A stretch of DNA of 63,740 bases, filler included, from Choristocarpus tenellus KU-1152 (Eukaryota; Protista; Phaeophyceae), in the NCBI GenBank assembly GCA_964200185.2. It is 10 parts of 10 records of this genome, joined end to end, with 100 filler letters (N's around TTAATTAATTAA, not from the genome) between each part and the next. Parts side by side here need not be neighbours in the genome. Positions count along the whole stretch, not along the records: positions 36,843 to 41,208 come from CAXNAD020014887.1; positions 41,309 to 51,218 come from CAXNAD020003289.1; positions 51,319 to 63,740 come from CAXNAD020001845.1; 7 more parts are not named here. One strand, written 5' to 3'. The position numbers and the translations under genes are program-made. Of this stretch, positions 37,902 to 51,484 are shown piece by piece. Each line of letters opens with the position of its first letter. The stretch's first letter is position 1. The notes below the pieces were generated by a model, which was not told the origin of the DNA, searched no databases, and saw nothing but the letters and a program-made list of their open reading frames with translations.

Positions 37902-40900
37902 GGAAAGGTCGCTAATGGAAGCAGCAACAGCACGGCTAGCTTGGGAGGTGGGGATGAAGGCTCTGGAGTCAGTGCAGGAGCTGGAGGGAGTGGGAAGGGC
38001 AGTAAGGAGTTGGAGGAGGTCACGGGGGCGTTGGTGCCGGCGCCGATGTCTGCTTCATCAATGGTGTTGTCTGCAGTGAAACAGGTTCCTGGTTACAGAG
38101 ACTTACAAGTGGAGGAGACACCTATCCCACGCTGTGAATTGGTCCTTCTGGAGGAGGTGGGTAGGTGTCAAGTATGAAAGAAGAGGTGGTCAAATGGATC
38201 TGCGGACCCCTGGAGTGAGCGCTGTTATTGGGATATACTTGGAGTGTATGGTGCTGTTCATGAGGGCATGGCAAGAACTGTGGTACTATTTGTGGACCGT
38301 TATATATATTTTTATGTGGTACTTATGATGTGCTTTGTGAGGGATGCTGGTTCAGTACGATGTAGTAGGCACAGGCAGGGTTTTAGGCATTGCTAGAACC
38401 GTAGTTCCACTCTTGGACCTTCACAGATACTATGGTGCACATGTAAGGTCTTTTGCAAGAAAGTTCTGCTACTGGTCTTTTTTGCAAGTGTGTGCAGGTT
38501 GTGAGGCGAAGGATGGAGGGAGATTGTCAACCCAATTTTGAATCTGTGATTCCGGCAATATTGCCTATCAAACAATGCTGAACATTTTAAAGTCCCCCCT
38601 TATGCCTTATTATTACTATTTTTTAAGAGTACTGTGATCGTTGCGTTGCATCTCTCGTGCTTAGTTGTTTTATTTGTTGCGAAGCAGGGCGATCATTTTT
38701 TTTTTATCGAGCTATGATTGCTTTTTTGGGGGTGAGATGGAGTTTATTGTTTTGCTTTCTTTGGCCACATTCTCTAGACACGTGAGTGTAGCAACACCCT
38801 CAAAAATATATTGTTGTGACTGCCTGGCTGGGTTAGCATTACAGTTTCACCCTAAACCGTGCAACTGCAAGCTGCAGAGTCAGTCTCTTCAAGAATCTAC
38901 AGTTAGAACCATGCTGATGAAAAAAAAAAGATTTTTTTTTTTTCTCTTCGAATAGTTGAAGAGGCAGAAGGGAAAGGAGGTGATGTGATGATGGTTACAG
39001 ATGTCCACTTCTTCGTGTCTAGCGATAGCTTCTGTCATCTTTTTGTCCTAAATGTTCCCGCTTGTCTTCCTGCCTGCCTGCCTGCCTGCCTGACTACCTT
39101 TAGGGTCATGCTTCGAAGCCAATGGAATTGGACCTGACAGTGTTTGCGTGGGCTCCTCATTTCCGAGGAATGCTGGCAGCACTGGAGGGCGGAGTGGGCA
39201 GGTTTGGTGATGACGCTTTTGAAGCAGTGAAGAAGTGGCCCGAGGAGGTGGTCACCAGGAGGCGACTAGAGGGGGCTGTAGCAGAGGGTGACGCAGTAAA
39301 GGTGGGCGAAATGGTGTACATAGAGAGATCGATAGATGGAGGCATTTTTACGGTGGTTGGAAGATGTGGAGGCGTGTTGTTGATTGTTGGAAGTTTGTAT
39401 ATGAAAGTGGAATATACAACAGTAAAATGGAGGGGTTCTTCTAGTGTGTGTGTTTCAGGTCATTTCTTTCTTGATATGTTTATATACTTGACTGACTGTG
39501 TTTGTACTTAATCTTAAAATATGCTTGGAGGCCTTGATGGTCCCACTGATTTATTCACACGCACACCCGCACGTACACACATCTATTTTTTGTTTAGCTC
39601 TTTTTGAAGTATTTTGAGGGAGGTGTTTTTGTGGGTATTATGGAGTTTTTGAGGTACAATTGAACCCTGAGTGTATTCTCATTGTTGAAATTTTGAAAAA
39701 AAAACACTGTGCTGCCAAGGCACTTGTGTTGTGTGAGAGTAGTTTTGTGCAAGGCTTATGCCTAGGTAGCACAGTGATATCTCAATATCTTGGCACTATT
39801 ATTTTGATGTTTTGTTGGACCATGCCTTCGCTTTGTGTGTGCCTGTGTTGTGTATGTGTGTGTGTGTGTGTTTTTGTGTGTTGGGGAAATGAATATAGAA
39901 GTGATAGAGTTGGAGGAATGGTACAATTAGCTGTGAAAGGAGTCGATGATGGTAAGAGAAAGAAATGAATGTATACCGTCATCTGTATGTATGAATAGTG
40001 GTGGTATACCTTATAACACCATACTGATCGTCAATCTCCCAATATCTGGTTTGCAGGAAATCCCGATTTTTCCTCAAGATTGGCACCTTGATAAAAAAAA
40101 ATGTTCTATTTATTTGCACTGCCTCCAAGTACAGTACGATGGATGGTATGCAGTAGATGTGTATATTCCGACATAGGTATTTATCAGGCAATAGTGTTAT
40201 TATTAGCAGGTACTATGCATATTCTGGGCACACGTTTGTGGTCAGTAGTGATGTAGCAATTAGGGTAATTAGAGCTAGAGGAATCATTGCTGCGGTCCCC
40301 TTTTTTTTTCCCCTATCCCCTGTATAGACCCGTTTTCGGTCTAAACTGTGGTTATTTATAATATGCTTAGTATTGTCATTATTGCTATTGTAAGACTTGC
40401 TTGTTAACCCTCCTGTGAACACCCCCTCCCCCTCCCTCCCAGGAGGCATGCATACAGCCTTTATTCTTTTAGGAGGAAGTCTGATCCGAAAATGATAAGC
40501 GGTTCAGACTGTTAAGAAAAAAGAGGCGTTTTTCCTTGCACTGCCCTTGACGCAAACAATACGGCTACTCACTGCAGTACGAACTGTTGTTCCTTTTCAT
40601 GTGTAGCTGCCATGCAGCTGGAGTGTTTTTCTGTTCTCACCCCCCTGCCCCTGCTTGCATCCCCTACCCCACCGACCCACTCTCTTAGGTGATGCTGGCC
40701 CGTCGCCGTACCTGCCTCCGTTCTCTAGGACAGATTGTAATTGATGGACGCCTTACTCTCCCTGACTTACGCCTCCGTCTCCTCAAACTCCTGGAGGATG
40801 GACTCCGCCAGGCCCGAGATGACAAGAGGAGTGCCCTAGTGGACAGAGCACAACCCCGTAGTAACCTTGGCCTTGAGTCTGGGACCAGCAGAGTTGTGGC

Positions 40901-41208
40901 TCGTACTGTAGTTGGGGGCAAGGAGGGGAAGGGGGAAGGGGATCAAGGAACTAGTGCTGAGGTTGGGGGGAGCGGTGAGGGTGACGATAAGAACAGCTCC
41001 TTTGCAGTGGAACTGGGTGTGAAGGATGAGGCTGGTCTAGACGCACTCCATGGCAAGGTATTGGTCAAGAAAAAAAATAAGAAGTCGAGGGGGAGCAAGA
41101 CTCAAAGAGCAAGAGGCAGCAATGATTCCGGCGGGGGGTCAGGAGGGGGGGAGGGGGAGTACGGCACTGATACTGAAGTGGGTGCCACAGCAGCAGCTGG
41201 AGTATTAG
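37902..41208 (+). CDS. Internal exons of a large protein, possibly the C-terminal region of a USP40-like deubiquitinase. Exons 37902-38156, 39104-39301, 40689-41208 (truncated)
   Basis: Three phase-0 AG/GT-bounded exons in frame. LVLLEEGH..P..LDLTVFAW and LGQIVIDGRLTLPDLR loosely recall USP40 ubiquitin-like repeats. Exons are well supported; the family call is weak. Confidence 0.6.
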
Positions 41209-41308
41209 NNNNNNNNNNNNNNNNNNNNNNNNNNNNNNNNNNNNNNNNNNNNTTAATTAATTAANNNNNNNNNNNNNNNNNNNNNNNNNNNNNNNNNNNN
41301 NNNNNNNN

Positions 41309-43103
41309 CAAGTGGGAAGTCACTATCCTTAAGGACATGCCCTCCAACACCCCCTGACCCTCCCCCAGCCCCACCACCTGGTCCAGATCCTACCCTTCCC
41401 CTACCAAACCCATCTTCCCGTGCTGACAAACTGAGTCCGGCACGAGACCCATAGCCTCGCCCCTCCTGACCATAGGGTAGCCCTGCCGGAGGAGCACGTT
41501 GCTGAGAGTAGCCCCCTGAGTGTTGATCACGCCCTCCTCCCACCCCATCTCCTGACCCCGACCCTGACCATGGGGCCGTGGACCGTGGGGAGGAGGTAGC
41601 AGGTATACGGTTGGGGATACCGTTTGTGGAGATGTAGCGATCCGATGAGGTGGAGCCTCTTGTATCCTCAGACTGCAGCTGCTTGGAAGTAGGTTGGCAT
41701 GTCAACAGATTTCATTCATGAAGATGAGGGGGGGGGCAAAGCAGAAAAATTAAGGCGGATGTAATTTGTGTCAGAAGGGCGATGCACATTGAACAGATGA
41801 TATGTTGGGAGGGACAAAAAAACACAGAAACTTGCTTATATCACTGCAGTTCTGAGCCAGAAGCTTCAAATGAATAAGGGTCACATTCCTGGTTGTTATT
41901 GACCAATCCATCCGCTCCAGAACAGGCTCTGGCTAATCAGAACCTCAACAATCCAAGGCCCTAGTTAGGCTGAGCACAAACAAGTTCAATCCCCCTTGTG
42001 GAGAGGGAGTTTATCTAGGAATATCAAAAATAACACAACGAAGGTTAGGGATCAGATCAAGTAAGGGCAGCACAGGCCCTCACCCAAACCATTCCCTCCT
42101 TGCACACCTGAGCTTGCTTGTTGGCCCCCCATCCTACTCCACCAGATGGCACCAGAGGCACATTGATATCCTGCCCCTTGTTCTCATGGCGCAGGCTGGG
42201 GGTGTTAACAGGAACTGGAGCCGAGAGGCTCCCCCCACTCCCAGACTCTCTTGCTTTACTACCAAGCACCAGTAACCTCCCCCCAGCACCATACGCAGGT
42301 CGTGCGACATCTCCCTGACGTTCTGGGCCCCTGGTAGGCACAGGGTTTACAGTATATTGCAAAGAGTAGAGTGTATGTTGCTATACTACGGTGAGATGTC
42401 TTTACCATTTTGAAATCTAAACCATTGGAGGGAGTGGGTGGGGGCTTGCAAACATAGTTGTTAGTTCAGAAATATTAAAGACAACTTCAGCTACAGATGC
42501 TCCTTTTACTACTTGGATATTTATCTAAATACACGTATGAGGGATTCTTAGAGCAGTTACACAGTCAAATCTCATTTTTCCAAGAGCATGCTACATTAAA
42601 TGCATTGAACATTATAATTAAGCAGCACCATACATATATTCTGAGCTCTATTGGATTACTCGTGCATATTTCCAAATCCATTCCTAAGGGTCTACTCTCT
42701 TGAATGTAGAGGCAATTGGACACAGTGATACTGACAGCTACATGTACTATGGAGGCATCAAAATTATCGCATCTCTGTGGTTCGACTACAGAACCCTGAG
42801 GAGAAGCACTAGGTCTTCAGATCACATACAGGTGATCAACATACAGAAGACACAGGAAAGATCTTAGCTCGGACTGACACAGGCAAGGGACTGCTTGACT
42901 ACTTACGCATTCTTTACTATAAGAGCGTGCAGGTAGTCCACATGTGTGAGGCGGAGTACAGACACCTAGAGATACTACCAGGCTGTAACAGCAAGACAGA
43001 ATTCAAATCCTCTCACCTCTGAACCGCTGGAGCCTTGGTGAGGGCATTCAGATTCTTGCTCGCAAAGCTCTTGCGACCGGCAGCGCTAGGAGTGTCATTC
43101 GCT
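41309..43103 (-). CDS. PRRC2/BAT2-N (MOS1-like) domain protein, partial. Exons 43017-43103, 42108-42330, 41309-~41681
   Basis: KSFASKNLN, LLVLGSK, PVPVNTPSLRHENKGQDINVPLVPSGGVGWG and DSDFPL match the BAT2_N pattern ([28 protein letters not shown]; DFPxL); phases consistent; start exon not found. Confidence 0.85.
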
Positions 43104-44329
43104 CTATGTAGCGAATAAAACAAGAGGGATTAGCTCGCATGAGCATTTAACGTAGCAGATGTAGGGGTAGCTCAACACCAGCGTGAAAGGCAAGAACAAG
43201 TGAGTGGCTGCGGTCTGAAAAATTGAGTGAGTGGGAACTATAGGTTTGCGATAATCCTGGGGTCGATATGACACCGTTTTTCCTGCCGAAATGTTAACGA
43301 AAAAAAATCCGCTACATTTAACTACATTCAATGTTAGTCATTTCGTGGGTGGATTGCCACAAGAAAACTGTCCATTTTGGAGATCTACAGACATTAGACC
43401 CAAGCATCCGACAAGACACCCAAAGGGTTTCAGAGCGTCCCCATTTTTTTTATTGTTCATATCTGAGTAGGGATCATAGATCTAAGGGTAGGTGAGAATT
43501 CGAGGGCCAGGGGCGGAGTAACCATCTTGGCGATGCGATGTGGCAGGTGAGGGGTTGAGACCTGTTTGCGATTCAGATAGGGAATCAATCATCACGGAAA
43601 GAGGCTGGGCACCATTCTTTAATCTAAGTTCAGTATTAAGCTCTAAAAATATCAGCTGCTACATATTACTCACCCCGCCAAGCTCGTGTTGCCAACATTC
43701 ATCCTATATCCCACACACAAGACCGGCTGTCACCAGATCCCGGCAAAACAATGCCGGCGTCCAACACTCGTTGTCGTGTCAGATCGCCGATAATTCGTAT
43801 ACAAAGAAAGAAGAGTAAAGTAACGACGCGAGCCTTAAGGGCCCGCGTCTACCTCCACCACAAGGTGACCGCTGGGTAAAATTGACACCTCTCCACCTCA
43901 CTGAACACCCAATTCCTGTCCTCTGTCAATCATGCGTGCGCTCGCGCGCCCGGTGGAGAACAAGAGTTAATAACCTGGAGTATGGTCTTGGGAGAATCCA
44001 TTTCTTATAATACATATATATATATGATATTATTATTTTCTGATTGAACATATACTTTCTACTTCCAACCAATATCATCACTAAGTATATTAATATTATA
44101 CAAAATATACAAGACGTGAAACGGTTGTTCCACAACTCGTAATAAACTGCCTCCATTTTCTCCTTTTTTCATGTGTTAGGTTGAGGTATCTATCCCATCC
44201 CTCGTCATTACACCTGTCCACTTCCTCCCTCGAATCCTGTGCTGGACCCACTCCAGCACCCCAGTTATTGTCCGTCATATTAGTACGGGGATTATGTCGA
44301 CCCATGGTCGCAGAGCAGCACTACACAAT

Positions 44330-44760
44330 GCACTACTTCTCACGCTAATCTACTATATTTTACTACTACAACTGAATAATGAGCTATACCGCCTCCATTC
44401 CTTCTTGATTCTCGCGCGTTGGATTCAGCACTCCCACCACTCTTCGCTCTGTCTCCTCCCTCGAATCTTCACCTGGACCTGCCCCGAACTTTCCACCTTC
44501 ATCTTACTGGCGTGTTATTTGGACCGTACCCATAGACACAAAGTGCAAAGTGTGCATTTGTTGAGCTTGCCATTAGAATGCCATAATCGAGACCAGATTT
44601 CCGTGAAAGGAAGTATGGCATTGTAGGGATTCCAACCCGCTAAATTAATGAGAGTGACCGCCTCCTCGACCAATGAGCACTATGGTAGTAGGTAAGTGGT
44701 TTAAGGACACTACTGTTCCTTACATGAATTTCGTGGGTTTGAACTTCTATCAACGCCAGA
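44330..44760 (+). repeat. Unclassified ~400-bp interspersed repeat; second copy ~50090-50540
   Basis: Shared colinear blocks TTCAGCACTCCCACC, CCCTCGAATCTT, CCAGATTT..GTGAAAGG.AGT.TGGC and AAT..CGTG.GG. Confidence 0.65.
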
Positions 44761-45149
44761 CTTTTCTTAATCGAATTCTAGCGTCCATTATTTGATGTCG
44801 CAAACACTACAGATTATATACCTGCGTATTTCCTTATCTGTAACCATGCCACAAAAATGCCAGACCAAGAACAAGGTAACTTGGGTTCATTGTGTAGGGA
44901 TACATTGGTGGATTTAGCACAAGAAGATTCAAGGGAGGAGGCAGACCAAGCAACAAATAATGGGATTGCTGAACCCAATGCACGAGAAGCAAGGTGCGAA
45001 CAGAGGAAGTGCAATTAGTCATAGCGCGTATCAACAGTCAGTTACAGTGATTAGTATGAGTAATGCAATGTACAGTACCTTTGAACACAGGTGGGTAGAC
45101 ACAGGTGGGTAGAGATATTCTCCACGCTAAAAAAGTTATGGCAATAGTG

Positions 45150-45800
45150 ATAATGGAACCTTGCCATATTGTCAAGCACATACTCTCTCATACCACCTCC
45201 TTGGGTTTGTTTCCCTTCTGTTCCATCTCTCAATCGAAATCTCGAATTTCTCAAGGTCGTCTTCCAGGCACATCCATCAGTTCTTCTCCTCCTGTATCAA
45301 CCATACTTCCATTCTCCATCTGAAAGTTCCCCAAACATCAACCCCTTTGGGAGTCACTCATCCTCCATGGGTTCAACTGACTCTGCAAACAGAAGAAAGA
45401 GTCTTGACTTTTGCACTGTCTTGATACTGTTACTCCTAGATGATTGGTGCATTTATTTCCATTTGCGAAATTCGATGCATCAGCTTCATCTCTGACAGTA
45501 CCTCCAAGGTAAACTTGCCAGTCAGCTTGAAGCTACCCTACGTCACGATGTGCATGTGTGTGCTTGGCCTTGTTGGGAGGTCGAAGGCACATGGTCTCCG
45601 TCTTCAACTCCAACACATCCATGCTAAATACATACATGTGAGTACTTCAAATGGCATAAAGAGTTGCATGACTCACAAGAAAGCTCATCAGCCCAGGGGC
45701 CTACAGCATTCACACACCATTTGGAAAGACAACAGAGAATCAGCAACTCTAAAAGACTAGTTCTACACACTTTACAAAATGTTCAGGTAATTGGCATCCT
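45150..45800 (-). mobile_element. Decayed RTE-type LINE, RT C-terminal part
   Basis: KTETMCLRPP, VYLGGTV and MCLEDDLEKF; DNA similarity to 28960-28980. Confidence 0.7.
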
Positions 45801-46925
45801 AATACATGTGCTATGTAGAAGAGCTGTACTAGTAGTAGTAGCGCCAGAAGTAATAAGATACAAGTAGTATCTCCATGTAATGTGACTCAAAACTGGTAGG
45901 GCACTGTACTTTGTTGTGTGATCGCACCATCACTGGGAGCTATGTTATACAGCTACAGTAGAAAGAACTTAGTAAGATACACATTCTTTCCGAGTCTTGC
46001 CTTTAGTGGAGTCAAGTACAACTGATGATGACTACCGTTGACACTACTTCAAGCACAGATTAAGAATCTTCAACCATAAGGATTAGGTGCGTGGATATTG
46101 AGCATTTTAGACAGTGATTTTCTCGTCACACAGGAGTCAGGTGCTACTGCTGCTGCTGCTGCTGCTACAAATAAATTATTCAGCATTAGTAGTAGCATGA
46201 TAGTTCCAGATGAGGAAATTAGTGCTGCAACTACTCAAGTGAGAATATCGCTAAAAAAACATACAGAAAGGAAATTCACTAAATGAACTCTTTTTGTGAG
46301 CGAAAGAGGGGATAATTTGGTTAAATACGTAAGTGTAATCATCGACTGTGCAATCTATTCTGATGAGGACACGAGTCAACACTGACACCAAAAACTCTCA
46401 TCAGCTTAACTTGATAATAAGTTATCTCTGTGGAGTGGAGGGTGTTTAATCCGATGTTTAGCCAAAAGGTATGATTTACAATCAAAGAAATTCCGGTATG
46501 TGACTAAATCCATATTAAATATCCAGTTGGCAATAGAAGTGGGGCTCAACAATCCATCCAATGGCTAAAGTCACATTCCTCATTCAAGTATGAGACCTGT
46601 TATCTGTACACTAGTCCATTGATCAATGTTAAGCACAATTCAACCCACCTGACAGACAAGTCCAAGCAATATTTTCTAAATATAAGAACTCCCCAACCAC
46701 AACCCTCACACCAATACCCTCCATCTGCCACAGGGGGTGACAGAAAGGAAAGCACGGGCAAAGGATAGGTTCCATAAAAAAAAGGGGGGGGGAACTGGGG
46801 ACGACAAGAAAACATCAACAGCAAAGAGCTAGGTGCTCAATGGATAAGCCATAACAAAGAAGTCGACATCTTCAACCAAAAAGGGGGTACACATTTGCTC
46901 AAATTCTTCTACCAATCACAAGCGT

Positions 46926-48727
46926 TCAAGATGCATCTTGAAACTGCCATTCTAGCCTTGCATCTGCTCGCTCTGCTTCAGATGCTCCCTGCTGCGCCTC
47001 AATAATCTTTTCTGCAGATACACGCTTGAGGCTAGGTCCTTCTTCCTTCTCCTCATCCAGCTCCCCCATAAGCACCAAGGCATCCCCTCTCACAAGATAC
47101 AACCCCAAAGCAATGTCGCCAAACAAGCCTTTAAAAGAAGAGAGCAGTCCAAAAACACATTGGTTTGTCATTTGCAATGGCACCCCCAAATGTACTCAGA
47201 GGCAAGCACTTGTGCATTGCACATATATATGTGTGGTAAAAATCTGTGCATGGGGTGGTAAAATCAAACTTAAGTTTAAGGTTAGCAATCTTCATCCTTT
47301 GAAATTAATTTAATCTTAAGCCCATCCATTTTCCCTGCTCAAACGCTCAGTGTTATATTTTCCCTATTCTGTGCCAAAATGTGATTACAATACTACAGAA
47401 TATCGTGATCATATTCTAAAGGATGGATAATATTTGCTACTGACATTGGTGCACAAGTGATGAATTACATCACTACAAAAGATGGTGAAGAGGTGTTAGG
47501 GAAATCTGCATCTTGTCGAAGTATACATAGGTTATCAAAGTCAACACTAGGATCCACAAGGTGTGTTAAATTTGCCATCCTATTATTAGAAAAAACGAGC
47601 AAGACCTCATGCACACACATTAGAAATACAAGAGTCCAACACAAATTTGCAGTAACTTACACAATCTCCTACATCGATCTTACCATGTGTTTTTGTCATA
47701 CTCTACTACACACATACTGAAGGACAGTAAGGCAGTAAAGTAACGATGCAACTCCGGACACGGACTAGCTCACCGCCCACAAAATGCCGTTCGTGCGTGT
47801 CCTCGAGCACGATATTGGAGAACTGATCGTAACTTCGCATTATCCCCACGAGGTGCCTCCCGTCACGAAGCACCACCTCCATTTGACACAACCAGAAAAG
47901 TAAAGGAAGGAGCGAAACAGTTGGGTGGGCTTGGATTTGCGGATTTGAGGTATGGTGGGATGCTGAAGCCTACATCGTTGAAAAGGACCCAGTGACTCAG
48001 CAACGAAGATTCCCCACTCCATGTCGTGGAATCCGCAGACGCTATCTTCTTTGGCTGAGATGTAGGGGAAATAAAGTACCACTAAATGTCTTCAACGGGG
48101 TCTTATCCGTAACCTTCATCAACGCCTCCTTCTAAGGTCTCATTTTGTTATGACCGATAGATCGGCATAAAACTCCCACAGGAAGGGATTCATCTATCGA
48201 CGAGGAAATGCCCTCATCAGGGGTCCATATTAGTCACTAAGGGATTGAGGAGCTCAAGCTTGGGGCCTATCACAAGGTTCTCTGCTTCCAAAGTATAGGC
48301 TAATACTCCCGGTTCCAAATTATCTCCAGCAATCCCCTCAAGGAGAAGAAATATTCCAGGGTTTCCACTCCTACAAACTCACCATTATCTTCTTATCTAG
48401 CTGCTCGAACAAACTTGCCGACCCAGGAAGAAAAGATGGTGGCGGTGACGGTGGGGGTATGGGGTGGCTACCCACACCAGGACCCGACCCCATCATATGT
48501 GGGTGCATACCTATGACCCCTGACGGAGGCGAACCTTGAGAAAGGGGTCTAGTCTGAGCCTGCACATTCCCATAATTCCCACGATACCCTCCCTGACTCC
48601 TGGGAGGAGAAGGTCTTCCAGGTCTCTCTGTTCCTCCTTGCCCACCACCTCCCTTCGTTCCTTCCCACCCCACAGCACGTGGTGGTACCGTATGTGGAGA
48701 TCCACGTGAATGTATCGGTTGGGCCAT
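46926..48727 (-). CDS. LSM1: Sm-like protein LSm1 with ~98-aa G/P/R/Q-rich N-terminal extension. Exons 48383-48727, 47774-47876, 46926-47128
   Basis: Spliced product [47 protein letters not shown]...[18 protein letters not shown]. Confidence 0.93.
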
Positions 48728-49129
48728 GTGTGATTCCACCTGGCCTCTAAACCAGGAGCACCCACTACACTACACCAACATCAATCGTTATTAAAAGTTT
48801 GGATGGTGTTTTGACTTTTGATCTTTTTGGACAGAATCTCGAGTCAACCAAAAAATGGAAAGAACATTTTATTATTTCTGGAGGTTTCAAGGTGAAAGGT
48901 AATACAGAAGTTTGAGGGTTCAAATCCTGTCGAGGTCCAAGGCCCGACATTTTTCAGGACAATTTGAAGTAGTTGATGATCGCTGCACAGCGCAAGCATG
49001 ATGTGTTTCACTGTCTGTTTCAGTTCCGAGTTAACTCATTTTACTTTGAAAATTCGGGATTATTATGGATTTTCAAGCGGTACGCAATGAGTCTTGTTTT
49101 TGTGGTGTTCACTGTGTTCTTACTCTACA

Positions 49130-49500
49130 GAAAAGATGGTCTTACGAAGACAGGATATGAGAGTATGGAGCCAATGGTGTGCAACCTCAGGCTCCTATTT
49201 CCTAGGTCAGGTGCTCGCATCGGGGATGAACGATTTTTCAAGGCATTAATGTTTAGGGAGCTTGCGGATGGAAAACGGCAGCAAGGTGGATATGAGAAGG
49301 ACGGGTGGACAATCCTCCAAGACAACCCTGACAAGTTTGAGATTGGAGTTGAGGGTTGGAGTACATGTAGTAGTGGCACTAACCAATGTGAGGGGTAGTA
49401 TGAGTCTGTCGCTAACGACACAACAAGGTCCATGGTCGAATTACGTTCCAAGGATGCTGTGATACCTAATGTGCATCAACCAAAGCAGGACCTAATGTCA
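49130..49500 (+). mobile_element. RTE-type LINE 3' coding remnant
   Basis: RIGDERFFKALMFRELADGKRQQGGYEKDGWTILQDNPDKFEI resembles RMxDxRLPKxxxxGELxxGKRxxG. Confidence 0.75.
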
Positions 49501-51189
49501 CCCCAGCCACTGACACCACCACGATCACTCTCTTGTCTCCACTGATTCTCTTGAATCCTCTGTTCATTATCTTCCGCTTCTCTTCCCCTAAAGTTTTGGA
49601 TTACTTTTTTTCCTCCTGAAGGTCATCTTCTTGCAATCCATCTTTAATTTTAATTTTAATTTTTTGTTCTTTTGTGCTCCTTTATGCTTTCTCACAACCA
49701 TCCAGTCTGTATTGCCTTCTTTGGATCATCTTTTCGACCAAGTGAGATACTTCAGATTATTGTAATGAAATAGTGATATGTATAACAAAAATTACTTCTT
49801 TACCTCAAGTTTCTTCCTATTCCCGTGATGACAACCTCTGTCTGAAAGTGTTTACATCCATAAATGTAGAAGCACTCGTATTACTCGTATTAATAGTAAT
49901 AACATAATAACCATAATAGATTGTAATTATTTGATACGTACTCCGTCCGATTATCTACTCTACCCAGAGTACGTATTATTCGTGTAGTTGTCTTCGGTAT
50001 TTTACTGTTTGACGACAATCCCCACTCGTAGACAAAAGTACTACACACTCCATGCACAGCTACTACTGCTGTTGTAGTATGTAACAATAATCACTACTGT
50101 TTGCTATACAATGATAGTGATTGTGCTGCCTACTCTGTTTTTGCCTTGCTTCTTGCGTGTTTGGTTCAGCACTCCCACCCCTAGTCGTTCTACCCCCCCC
50201 TCGAATCTTGTGCTGAACTCACCTCGGTATTTTCACCTCAATCTTTGTCTGATATTTTCTGTATAGCAACGAACAGGATAGGTAATGCTAGTAGGGAAGT
50301 AGGCACAGATAAGGAGTTGCACAACATACTATCATTGTGCTAGTCACATAGAATTGGATAAGCAAACCAGATTTGAGTGAAAGGGAGTCTGGCGCCAGTG
50401 GATTAAAACTAACCCTAGCCCTGAATGAAATTACGCGAGAGGTAACCAGGGTTGCATTCTAAGGGTGCTAACAAATATGTGCAAATTTCGGCTTTTTGTA
50501 CAAATTCGTGTGGGGAATTTTCTGAATTCTATCGAAAATGATAAATCAATAGAAAAATCAATGCTCTTATAGCAATCTCAGTACTTCATCCATAGAAATA
50601 TGAGTGAATTGCAGATGATAAAAAAGTGGCTTAAAATACAAATGGTCAAAATCTGATACCTCTTACTTACTTTGACTCTCTAACTCTAATTTTATCTTTC
50701 TAGATTGAAGCCCAGCTTTTAGGGCTTAGGGGAGTAGGGTGGAGTGCTGAATGACTATATTGTTTAGTCCACATTTTATAGTCCCTCGGTGGTTATAGGT
50801 TAATGCAGTGTAACATGGAGGCCCAGCCACCAAGCATTTCTAGTGTCTGCTACTGAACCATCGCTTACTTGATGTAGGTCCATCTTCTAACACCTCCCAA
50901 CTTGTAGGATCTAACCTGTGCATTGCTTGAGCTCCTTCACTTGCGTTTCCCTCGCAACCTCATTTTCACCCCCTCTTTCCATTGGTTGGCACATTTCGAT
51001 AAAGGTTTGGAGATGTTCCATCTGCGTATTTGTCGGTCCTTAAGCTGATAAACGGGCTGTCATACAAGAAGCAGAGGGACTGTGTCGTATGTTTTATTAG
51101 TGCAGTGAGTCAATAACCAAACATGGACCTCTTTTCGAAATCTACTGACCTACAAAGATAGATGAGCTGGATGCATGGTGCCATTCACT

Positions 51190-51218
51190 GACCCAACGTA
51201 TCTGGGAGGGGGGGAGGG
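51190..51218 (+). mobile_element. MITE B/C terminal inverted repeat at contig end
   Basis: GACCCAACGTATCTGGGAGGGG. Confidence 0.6.
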
Positions 51219-51484
51219 NNNNNNNNNNNNNNNNNNNNNNNNNNNNNNNNNNNNNNNNNNNNTTAATTAATTAANNNNNNNNNNNNNNNNNNNNNNNNNN
51301 NNNNNNNNNNNNNNNNNNACCTGATAGTGCGATGAGTTCCACTCGTGTTGTTGAGATATTTCTAACACAATTTGAGAAAAAAATAAAACAGACAGAAAGG
51401 ACAAGCTGAACTTGAGAAAAAAAAAAAGAGAGCAAGGACAAAAAAATAGTGAAGGATAGTAACTCAACTCTATGGAAATCACAC

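Noticed and set aside
46360-46405. Hammerhead ribozyme-like CTGATGAG-GAC-ACGA-GTC
   Set aside because: The required GAAA is absent (AACA) and there is no convincing stem I/III or cleavage triplet.
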